NCBI GenBank assembly: GCA_904063045.1
Contig: CAJFCJ010000022.1
Location: forward strand, 496,001 to 560,000
Reading direction: 5' to 3'
From: Dimorphilus gyrociliatus
Taxonomy: Eukaryota; Animalia; Annelida
Length of the DNA: 64,000 bases
A program made the position numbers and the translations under genes. Below the pieces are notes generated by a model. The model had not been told where the DNA came from. It ran no database searches and saw only the letters and a list, made by a program, of their open reading frames with translations. Of this stretch, positions 38,401-49,958 are shown in pieces. Numbering within the stretch: the first letter of the stretch is position 1; every line of letters begins with the position of its first letter.

Positions 38401-41400
38401 ACTGGCTTTACGTCTGTTTTTAATAAATTCTAAATTCTAAGAGATTTCGTATACAATACACAGTATACAACTGTATATCATCCAACATAATAGATGTCGA
38501 AAAGAGGAAGAGAGAGAGAGAGAGAGAGAGAGAGAAGGGAGAAAAGAAAAGAAATATAAAGAGTCTTTACTCGTACAACATTATAGCCGTCTACCTTGCG
38601 CATTATTGTACAGTAATTGAGGTAACGGTTGTTATGCTCTAGTTTTGACAATAATGGAAAAATGAATAAAATGAAAGAAAATTGCTACAGATATAATCTT
38701 TCGACGACAACTAGCAAGCTTCTAGTGTCACTTATATCTTGACGGGTGTACATATACGTACTGTATAATACGTATAAATGTGTATATTAGAATGTTTGCA
38801 TAGCCATCTAAAGTATCTTTATATTTATATTACAAGTGCCTAGCAAAGAGTCTTGGACACCTGAATTCCTCTCCTTCTTTATTTCGTAGGGAATATCGTA
38901 TTAAAAACTGTACAACAATAGCAAAACATAGTCTAGTCCGGTTAATTTATAAATTACAAAGTTCTTTTTTTACCATTTAACTTACATAGTCTCCTCTTTT
39001 TTGTTGGGATTAGTCGCGTGCAACCGATTGACTTGCACTCGGCTCAAACGACTAGAATTCTGTCTTTTTATTACCTTATCCAATTAAATCGACCAACTAA
39101 TTACGTACTTTTATAAGCTTTTATAGCAGTAACAACTTTTGATTTATGTATTCTCATACAGAAATCAATATAAGGTTCAAAAACAGTGTTTGTTATAGAA
39201 ATTGGACTAATTAGAACACGCAACCTTATTAGAGACTTGCCGCAGAAATTTGCCCTTATGATTTCTCTCCTCACAAAGAGATTAGCGTAAGATTCCACTT
39301 GGCCTGAAAAACTGGGCAAAAAGGAAAGGATAGGGGATAAGATAAAAGTCTTTTGATTACTTAGAGTAACTTACTCCCACTATTCAAAATACAGCTGCTT
39401 AGAGACTTAGCGAAAGAAAAAGAGCATACGTTCCAGAAGCATGCAACAAGATTAAAGTAGATTAATGAAGCATCTCCAATTAGAGTGTTTTATTCGAATG
39501 AATAATCCAGATATTTTGTTTGGCTAAAGAGAAAGAATGAAAAAATACTTCACAGTCTCTTCCTCCCTTTTTTCCGTTCTGTCCATTCATTTTTCAGAAA
39601 GACTATGGATATGTCGATATTATCTACTTAACGATTAATAATAGCCACTGTAATCTTCATTTTTGTTGTTATTTTTGTCTGTATATCTCTCCCTGTCTCT
39701 CTCCCACATAGTCAATCTTACCTCACATCTTTTTCATTCCCCACCCTTTATTTTTATAGCTAAATGATAATAGTACTTTGCCATTTATATAAATTTGTGG
39801 AATACGACTTTTAAATGTTTTTTTTATTGAAATATAGGCCTATCAATCAGTTTCTTAATCCTTATGGATACTATAAATGGATTTATATTATGTGATAAAA
39901 AAACTTCAATATTTGAATATTCTAATTAAAACCTCATTTAATTTACAAAAACTCGCCAGTCTTGTCTAATGTTTACACCTCTAACAAAAAATCGCACGGA
40001 TAAACCGGATTACTAACAGAGTTAAGTGCGTAAAACGCAAATATTTGCCGTCTCTTTACAAACAGTCCTAAAATTGTAAAAAAAAAAAATATACATAGGC
40101 CTAAAACTGCCGAAAACAACACTAACGAAACCATTAAAAATTTTCTTCTTTCTTTCACTGTCTTTCTTCTTGGATAGAGAAAATTGACTTTACAACGCGA
40201 AAAGGTATTGAGTAATTAAGGCATTAAGACTTGTAACTATTTTTCAGCTGTGGAATTTTTGTGCTATTAAAAAAAACTGGTAGTAAAGGTTCGCTTTGAT
40301 GTAGAGTCCCTTTCTTTCAATTAAATCTTCATTCGCTTACTTCCTTTGATCTCGCCGAATGCGATATATGGATAATGGAAGCGTTTTGCAAGCTGGACTG
40401 ATTCTGTAATGTTCTAGTCAATTGGTGTTTGTTGGAAATTGTATAGGCCCAAAGTGATATACGGCGACGTCTCTTAAGTACTTAAATGCAATGAGTGCGA
40501 TCTGCACTTTCTTGTAGATTGTTTATGCGACGCCGTCTGTCGCTCCACGTCCTAGAATAATGTAGACGCTAGTTGAGAAAAAAGCACGTACAAAAAAGAG
40601 ACGAGAGTATAGAGAGAGGGGGGGAGGGGAGGAGTTGTACTATGAAAAATGGGCTAGGAGTGAGTGAGCAAATGGTCAAACCCATTGAATACTACTTGAG
40701 CAATTTTAAGATTAATTTTCCGACCAGACACAATAGACGACGTAGTTAAAAAAAGCCAAAAGCCAAGCCGAGTCGAGTCAGTTGCTCTAATGGCACTTGC
40801 CCATCAAAACTCTACCATCTGCCTAATCTGTCTATAATGCCCGTTGAATATTTTCCAAATTGCTGTATGAATAGGCCTGAAAGTGATGGGTACGACTATT
40901 TACGAGGAGTATAGACTAGCAGAGTATTTGCATACGGTAAAATCTTTTATTCAAAGAGAAGAGAAAGAGAAAAAGAGTTCGATATCTTTTGAGACGGACG
41001 AATGGACAACAAACAAACCGTATCATGTAAAATAAGGAAAGAACAATAGGAGATGAATAAGCTCAACTAGTGAGAGAAATATTATTAATTGGTTATTTTT
41101 CTCTCCTATATAAATAGACGAAGAGGAAACTTTAAATATTAAACAATTGGCAGACAATAAATTAATGAGCATTTTTCTCATACGATTAGTATGAACGCTT
41201 AATTAAGAGTATATTGCTTTGTAAATTGTCATCTATTCGATGACATAGATGGATTATGTATTTACTTTGTTTTGGGAAAAGAACGTCTGCCTTTATAAAA
41301 TGAGAATTAGGTGGGGTGAAAAGATCTTTTTCTCTCCCTTTGTCTTTTAACAAAATGCTAGATTAAGTGTGAAATTCCCTTTTGGTACCACGTGGTCAAA

Positions 41401-44400
41401 TTACACAAACTATTAATTTACGATTAATTTGGTATTACTTTCTGATGAGAATCCATTTGAGTTTACTGATGAAAAAAGAAAGAGGAAGGCTGGGAACGAG
41501 ACAATAGAAAAGTACAGGTAGCCGTCTCCTCGCAAGACGCAGACAGGAGATAGAGAAAGAGAGAAAAGGAATAGGAACGGGAAAAAAATACAAAAGAAGA
41601 GAGACGAGATAGTTTTCTCGTTCTTATCTAACAATATAAAGTCGCTTCTTCTTTTTTTTTACTTCTTCTCCTTCGGAATGTAAATAAAAAGGTAAATTGT
41701 TCCAAAGAGACTACTAACAGTATTCGCCTGGAAGCGTTTTTTTTTACCACATACACGCTTTATTTTTTTTATCAAAGCCATATTTTTATAATTCAAACAG
41801 TGACGTAATATCTATGTGTTTAGTAAATCACCTACAACGTCCATTTCTAGTGCAAACGTATTTTACGCATCGATAGACTAATTCGCTGTGTTTTTACGCC
41901 GTTTTTTTCGTTCGACTGAATTTTCCATACATTCATAGCCAAAAGCGTTTTTTCTTTTGAACATAATTCAAATTCTTTCTACGCCTCGTAAAATTTGCAT
42001 AATGACCATTTGACGACCGAATAAAAAAAAAACTTTAGCCCATTCGGCAACGTCGTAAAATCTGCACTGTAAATTGCTACGATAATTTACCTGTGGCTGT
42101 GCAGGTGTATTAACCGGATAGGTTTGCACTTAGCAGGTAATAATACACTCTTGGTGATTCTGGTTTGTTCGTCTGGAATAATTCGGTGCTTTCAGCTCTA
42201 TAGCGGCGTGTATTCGAGTTGTTGGCCATTTTATTGAAATGATAAAATGAAATCATATCAGGTTTCTCTCTCTCTGTCGGTATAGAGAATTTTAATTTTT
42301 AGAAATATTCTCTTTGTTACCACGCAAAAGCACTTAGGAAGTGGAGACAGATCTAGTCCTACTCTTCCCCCTCTCTTTCATTTATACTGTCATTGAGCAA
42401 ATATTTTCATTTATTCCACTCTGCCCTTTATCAGCTAAGAGACAATTTAAACTCGACAATTATGCCAGTCGTAAGCTCAATGATGATGGACTAATTCGGT
42501 AGAGAATCAAGAGGAAATGAATAAAAATTATATAAACAGAAGTATCTACATTCTTGAATAATAGACAAGTTGAGAAAGAAAATAATTAAGAGTTTGCCAT
42601 TGCATAATCTATTGGAAATTAATACGTCAATTGTTCTATTCTTTTTCCTTGATATTGTATTATATAACGAGAAGGGTTCGGTTGGAATGACACAGAGAGA
42701 CAGGGAAAGAGCGTCTAAAAAACCAGATATATATATATATATATATATATATTTGTATACATCTCTTTCCCCTCTTTGTCTAGTTTGATTCTTTCAACGC
42801 ATTCTGTGTGCTCTTTGCCGTATGGAATAAAAAAGAAAAACAAGCAAATGTTGTTTTCCCAAAACTGACTTGTTTGCTCATGACGTCACTCTGAAGTAGT
42901 TTGTTTTTCATCCGCAATTTCTTCTTGTAATTGCGTAGAACTAGTAGAGATTAGATGATGATTATCTCTCCGATCGATAATCCTTCTATAAACACACGTG
43001 GCACAGCACTTTCTCTAATTTTCGTGATAAAATTTTCTCTAAAAGATAAAGTGTTATTGAAAGATGTCATTCTCGAGTTGTGTGGTTTCAGGCAAGAACT
43101 TTATGTTTTCCCTTTTTTATTATTTATAGTTGTTGGTTGCTTGATATGGCAGATGGATAGATTAGATTGATCCAGGTGTTCATATCCTATTTATCACTGG
43201 TTTTGACGAGGTTTTGATTTAAATTTCAAAACTCTCGCACATGATAATTCACAGAGGAATTTGCATAACATCACAAAACCTCAAAGCAAACCGGATATAT
43301 AAACTTGATAAAGAATAGGGGACGAAAGCAATATCTTTTCAATATAGTTTATTTATATAATAAAAAACGAGTTTAAAGCCATATCTATATATCTATATCT
43401 AATCTATGTTAAATGTTATTTATGAACACAAATTTTCCAAAGCAGTCAACCGAAAATTACCGATAATTCACGAGTTTTTAGCGGTAATTAAATTAATAAA
43501 TGGATTTGGGTGGTGGGAAAAAAAAAGAGATGAGGAGAAAGAGGCAGAGAGTCAGAGAGGCAAAAGGGGTGGAAAGGGTAAAGCGTTAGTATTTAAAAAA
43601 GAAAAGAGAAAAAGACGCTACCTCCTTGGTCTTTTTTTTTTGTGTTTTTGTTACAAAAGAGCTACTGGGCCAACTAGTAAAGAGAAGAAAGAATATTTCT
43701 CAGGACAATAAAACATAATTTAAAGAGAAATTGCTTATTCCCTAAAGCCAGATTAGTCATTGCCAGCAACTAAAAAAATACTCTCGAACCTATTTTCATT
43801 TAGGGTCGAAAGCTTAATTTACAAAATATAATACGGATAGAGAACGAGCGTGTGTGTATGACAGACAGACAGAGAGAGAGAGAGAGAAAGGGCAAAAAAC
43901 TTGTTACCTTATTGAAAAAAATTGATGGAGGGTATTCTCAAATAGAATGAAAATAAACAAAAAGAAAAAAGCGTTAAAGTAAAGAAAGAGCGGAACAAAA
44001 TCATAAAAAAAAGGAAAAATAATAGAAAATCGAAATTCTTTATGTAACGAAAAACCTTATAATTAAATGAAAAACAAACTTAGTAAGATAAAATACCAAG
44101 CGTTACATAATAAACGATCAATGGCGTCTCTTCTTCCAACTATTTTTTATTTGTCTTTTATAAACATTTGATCATGTAAATTCTTTTGAAATCGTCATAA
44201 ATCGAATAGGAACAAACAATCTTTGATACGAACATTGCAATTGTATACTATAAATCAATAGTCCATTTCAAAATTAAACCTCTACTCTCCTATTCTTTAC
44301 TTTTAAGCCAACGAGTAAGGGAATAAGCAGCTAAGCAAGAGTCTATTCATGAAAATTATTACCCACCTAAACCGATTAATTAGCAAACTATATTTTATAA

Positions 44401-44652
44401 ACACGTGAACCCTTTTTCTCTATCATGTTGTTTTTTCTTTATTTACTTTTTCTAACCCTATCCTTTCTTTGCCTTCATTAGTTGAGGCTCTTATTTATTC
44501 ATCAAAACAAACTTTCACTCGGAATGGTAATGAAAAGGTCTAAATCGCACTTTATGAACATAATAGATATCAATTCACAACAGGTGCCTTTTAACTTATT
44601 CATAGAAAAACACTTGCATCTGCAAGTATTTTATCAACATTTATTAATTCTT

Positions 44653-44688
<36 letters not shown>

Positions 44689-47600
44689 ACTCTCCTCCAT
44701 CAATCCCTTTCGTCCTACTCTTCAGCTCATCTAACCGTTCCATCAAATTTTATTACCGAAATCAAAGGGAAATCGTATTTTTCTACGTTATCAACAAATA
44801 AACGCTTATATTACGTCATTGCTAAAGTAAAATCCAAATATTACGCTAATACTTGTAAAGTGAATCTCATTCTCTTCAGTATTTGTGTACTCGGCACAGT
44901 TCTTTAGTGGCTGTAGTTAATTATTTATATATTTAAATAATGATAAATTCTATTAGCGGCATTAACAGGCCTATCAAGGTTAGGGATAGGGGCCATAGGG
45001 TTGTCACTCAATTCAGTATTCGGCTGTTATTTTTATTTTTTAGGCCCAAAAAGAAAATAACACCCTTAGGGTTTGAATAAAGTAAAATATAGCAAATATT
45101 CGGTTTTGAATTACAGTAATAAGGTTTTCTAGCCAAAAAATGGAATCAAATTTAAGGCTATAACAAAATTTATTTCCTTCTTTATTGTCGTTGGTTTAAC
45201 GAAAGCATAATATTGTTTTTTGGCTTAATAAAATAACTGCAAGCTAAGGAGGGGCGAAGAGGAGGAAGGAGAAGAACAGTCTTAAAGGTAATACAAAGGC
45301 TAGATTACAGTTATATTATAAACTAACAGTCATCCTTCTTTCTCTTCGCATAAAACACAACAGCAACCCTAAAGCTAAACTAACTAAACAAACATAGCCC
45401 AACAGATAATATCAGATTAGTACCGCCAAATCAATAATCCCCTCACAACAGGTGACGGCCTCTCGTCTTTCAGTGAGACACCAAGTGCCGTCACTCCCCG
45501 GAGAGGGACGTTGCCTCTCTTTTATTTAAGGGAAAGAAAACTCCAGACTACTTTTATCGACGAGCCTCAACAGGGGAGGCGCAGGTGGGCGGCGTCGCTT
45601 TACCTTAAGGGCGTCATTTTCGTCCCTATCGATTTTCTCACACTTTGTGTGACAGAAAAGTGAGTAAGCATCTCCAAGTGGTAAATTAAGCAAGGGTTTG
45701 CCAATTATGAATTTTTAATTAAGAGTCTATTTACTTACGAATTGATACACTCATTGCCCTTTTAGAATTAGATATTTCCCACGGAATTTTTCCCATTCGC
45801 ACCCCCGCCTTTCGGCTATAATGTTGCCGCATATGCGCAAAGAATTAAAGATGTAGTCACGTGACCTTTCCACACATCGGTAAGGCACCTTTCCGCTGGA
45901 GAAAAAATTTTATATTGGAAATTCTCCTCTTCTTTAGCCTCTCTTATCTAATCGATTCTGAGATTTATTGTCCATTAATAGCAGCTTATGAAATGTTTTA
46001 AGACACACAAGGAGAGTTGTAAAGCGAAAAAAAAAAGAGTCGTGCAGATTGTTTCGCCTTTGTTTTTTAGTTGTTGTACTCTCTCTTCATCCGAAAAGAA
46101 GAGAAGAATGAGTTGGGGCGGAAGATAATAGGAGAGAGAAGGGGAGGGAAAGAGCGTATTCTCATTACTTGAATGTTTTTTGAATGTTAACAATACTTTG
46201 TACGTTTTTTTTGTGTTTTGTTCGAGAGAAAGAAAGAAAGAAAAGATAGAAATCCGTTTGATTTATTGGTCGAATAAACTCAACAAATACATTTTTTCAA
46301 TTTGTAATAAGAGAATTTATTATTTCTACAGATTTAAAACCAATAACAATGATCACATTATCGACGTTAAAGATGGAGATAATATGGATTTTATATGTCC
46401 CTTTTACAAAACCGGAAGAAGAGGATTTTTTGAAAAATACATTGTCTATCAGGTACGTCAATCTTACATCTACAGTATGCAATATACATACATACAAACA
46501 GATGCAGAATTCATCAATTATACCTGTCTAAATTTACATGTAAAGTTATAGTATACGGGTATAGCACAGAGATTCTGCTTTCCATTTTATCTATTAAGCA
46601 ATTTATCATTTATTATCAGGTTGGAGAGTCTGAATATGAATCATGTAGCGCTCCTGAATCAAGTTCTCCGAAATTAATTTTGTCCTGCGATCAGCCTAAA
46701 ACGACTAGAGATTTCTCGTTATCTTTCCAAGAGTTTTCTTCCAACCCCTTTCAGGCTTTCAAGATCGGCAATAGCTACTATTTTATCGGTAAGATAATTT
46801 AAATATTTATATGTTATTCCGCTCAGTATATACAAAATATATACATAAAGATAAAATAGTTATACTATACAATAAATATACAAAATACAGCTCTTTATCC
46901 TGGTTCCACGCACGGAGGGCCTTGTGCTAAAAATTATATGAAAGTGAAAATAAACTTTCGAGAAGTTTCTGAAGGTTCTGCAAAATATGGTAAGTAGTTT
47001 TTTAAGCGAGAGAATATTTTTCCTGTCAGCTGTTTAGAGTTAGAGTTTAAAGAATTTCGAGAACGAACAACTTTGATCTAAACCCATTGCTGTACAGTTT
47101 TCTTTAACCGACCTTTTCACCTTGACCTTGCTAAGTTGAGCGGAAATAAGTTTGCACCGTTCAAATTACGTTTGGTTGGCTTCTTTCTATAGTCTAGACA
47201 TTTGATATTCGTTTCCCTTGTTTTCCTTTCAGTTTGTGCAAATATTTATGGAATTTTCTCAATTCACAAAAATTTTTTGGTTTAATGTTCTTTATCAGCT
47301 TTCATTATATCTTATCTTTGTTGAGAGAGAGAGTTAAAGCTGTGGGGCGTATAATTTATAGCATTTAATGGCATCCTCCTCCATTTTTTAATTCTCCCTC
47401 TATCTATCTCTCTCTCTCTCTCTCTCTGTCTTTCTCTTGCTCACTCACTCACTCACTCTCTGTCACATCTTCTTTTTATCTTAACTTTAAATACCTTTTT
47501 ATTAAAATACTTAATCAAAACAAAGATTGTTGCTTAGTAACAGAAATGAGAGTGTATTGGTTTAGTCTACAGTTTTCTATATCTAAATAATTTTTAATAT

Positions 47601-48719
47601 TTCTAATGTAAACATTAAGAAATCAAATAGAAAGGAAATGGAGAATAATGGCTATGGAAATGCATATAAGAGTAACGTCGATTTAGATATTTATAAGTTT
47701 TTCCTCCCTCCCCTCTCCCTCCTCCCCCTACCCTCTATTTTTGTGAAATATTCAATGAAAGCGGTAGAGACATCTACTCGGTCATTAATTAATTCATTGT
47801 CGCTATCCATTTATATAAAAAGTATAGAAAGATGAAGAAGAAGATAATGAAAACTAAAATATAGACAGACTGCTCCTACTCATTGCAAGAGAGAATTTGT
47901 TCGTTCTTTTCGATATTCTTTTGCATGCATCATGCAATATTTCAACATTTTCTTTAATATCCTAAACAAGAGAAAAAAAACTAGAGCACGTAGTTGTAAA
48001 ACAATTAACAAAAAAAACCATAAAAAACCTAAACAAACCAAAAAAAACAAACAAAAATTAAAAAGAAAAAAAAGAAACATGCATGATTTGTTGTTTGTCA
48101 CACCAGCAACCGAACCAAATCCGATTTTTTCAACAAATAAAGAATATACAACAACAGGTGGGCTGACCTTTTCTGTTGTAAATAAATATTGCATTTTGCA
48201 TTATGAACCTAATTAGACAAGGGTTTTAAAATGATAAAATAGATTAGGATGACGATAAGATATAGTAGGAACTAAAGGAGTAATATACTCTATTACATAG
48301 AAAGATATATTACTAATATTAAGGAAAAGTAGAAATTTTGTATCGCAGGGAGATGGAATAATGTTCTTAATATTCCAACTAATGTTTCTCATTTACACTC
48401 TTATAGCTCCCGAAGATGATGAAGATATTGGCTTGAGAATTGAAGATACTGAGAAAACTTATAGCCGTCCCTACGATTTCAATAATAACGGTATTTGATT
48501 AATTCCATATCTTTATTATTAAATCTATCTCCTTTCTTGTCTACTAATATGTCCTTTTTCTTATATTTGCTTCCAGGTAGGAAAACTGTCCGCGACAATA
48601 CCGGAAATGATGCCTCCGGATCTACAAGCGGCCATAAATCATCTAGTCTAAGTCATGTCACAACTTTTCGGCTGCCAGTACTTCTAGGCCTGCTTCTGAT
48701 AGTGTATTTGACTAGGTGA
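26466..48719 (+). CDS. Efn: Ephrin (Eph receptor ligand), 240 aa, 6 exons, predicted GPI anchor
   Basis: Exons 26466-26572, 46332-46452, 46620-46788, 46891-46989, 48407-48490, 48577-48719 total 723 nt in frame. Signal peptide, then SVYWNMSNPIF, DNMDFICP, YESC, LSCDQP, FSLSFQEFSSNP, YYFI, GGPCAKNYMKV. C-terminus is a small-residue stretch followed by the hydrophobic tail LPVLLGLLLIVYL-TR*, with no cytoplasmic domain. Confidence 0.95.
38509..38534. repeat. (AG)13 microsatellite
   Basis: Direct reading. Confidence 0.95.
44657..44684. repeat. (TC)14 microsatellite
   Basis: Direct reading. Confidence 0.95.
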
Positions 48720-49958
48720 TGGTAACGCCATCTACATTCCGGCGGACTGTGATTTTTTTTAAAAAAAAAAAGAAAAGAAAATATTATTAAGAATGTTTTT
48801 TCATGTAAAAAAGAAACTAAAAACGAAAATAAGAGAAGAAATTAAGGAAAAAATAAAAAAATATTAAAATTTCGCTTCTAAAAAACAGAAAAAACAAAAA
48901 AAATACCAAAAAAGTGAAAATTTTGAAAAACAATGAAAGAAGAAACAAGCAAAAGATTTATCATCATTTTAATCATTTTTACTTATTAATTATTAAAAAT
49001 TCTAAAGTGAAAACAATTTGTTCGGTGTTTAAAAGTTGTCTTTGTTAAGGTATCGATTATATTTCATGTGTACAGGAAAACAGAATACATTATATAACAT
49101 ATAAACTATCTTGTCTTCCTTTGTAGAAGTAACAGTTTTACCACTGCAAAAATAATAGCAGATTTTTAAGGATTAATCAAATAATTAAAGTTAAATAAGT
49201 AGAATTGTAAATAACCGATTTTTCATAGATTTATCAAAGTAAACAATAAAGGAAAAATGCATATTTGTACACGATATACTAAGTTCTTTCCTCTCTTCTC
49301 GCTACGCTTTTCTTCCCTCCCTTATCTTTTGTCTCTCTCGTCTCTTCAATTAGTCAGTTTGCCTGTGTTCTCCAACAAAAGTCTAATATCTTATACAATG
49401 GTATTGTACACAATACAGTGTGTCTATTATAAAAATGGAATATTTCAGACGTCCTCGTTCGACGGCCGACGCTATGGGAGAGGGAAAAAGACTAGCCTTG
49501 AGAGACGGAAATAGAACCCCTAATAACTAACCCGTAAGCTATGTATGTCAAGGTTATTTGCCTCGCTTTCTTCTCTTCCTCAGTCGGTAGAGTGGAACGA
49601 CCATCTACAGTGAGAATAAAGCTCGTGTATTAAGTTTTCATTGTGATAATTAGTCGCGTTGATGATACGAGCTAAACTCTGGCAAGAATTTCTCAAATTC
49701 ATTAATTAAATTAGTTAAAAATTTGAAGGAATAAAACTCAATAAGACATCATCAATATTCCTTATTGATACTTTCCTACTCGAAGATTATCGATATTCTT
49801 TAGTCAGAAAAAAAATATTAACCTAAATTCAAAATGTATTTAATGTATTTCTACTACTGTAAATATTTTATCAGCAACTTAACACTTGTAGCATTGATTT
49901 CTTCTAGGCTTTATGAAAACATTACCATTGTTCACTTGCATAAAAATCTGTTTAAGGG

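Larger units (their letters stand above)
26573..46331 (+). other. Ephrin intron 1 (19,759 nt), regulatory-element-rich
   Basis: AT|gtgagt donor and ttctacag|A acceptor in phase 2 complete the conserved YWN.SNP(I/R)F junction. No recognisable protein-coding ORF lies inside. Confidence 0.9.

Noticed and set aside
44996-45371. hAT-MITE-like ends (tagggttg...caacccta), with a similar end near 37124
   Set aside because: Only 8 bp of inverted match and the flanks show no 8-bp target-site duplication.
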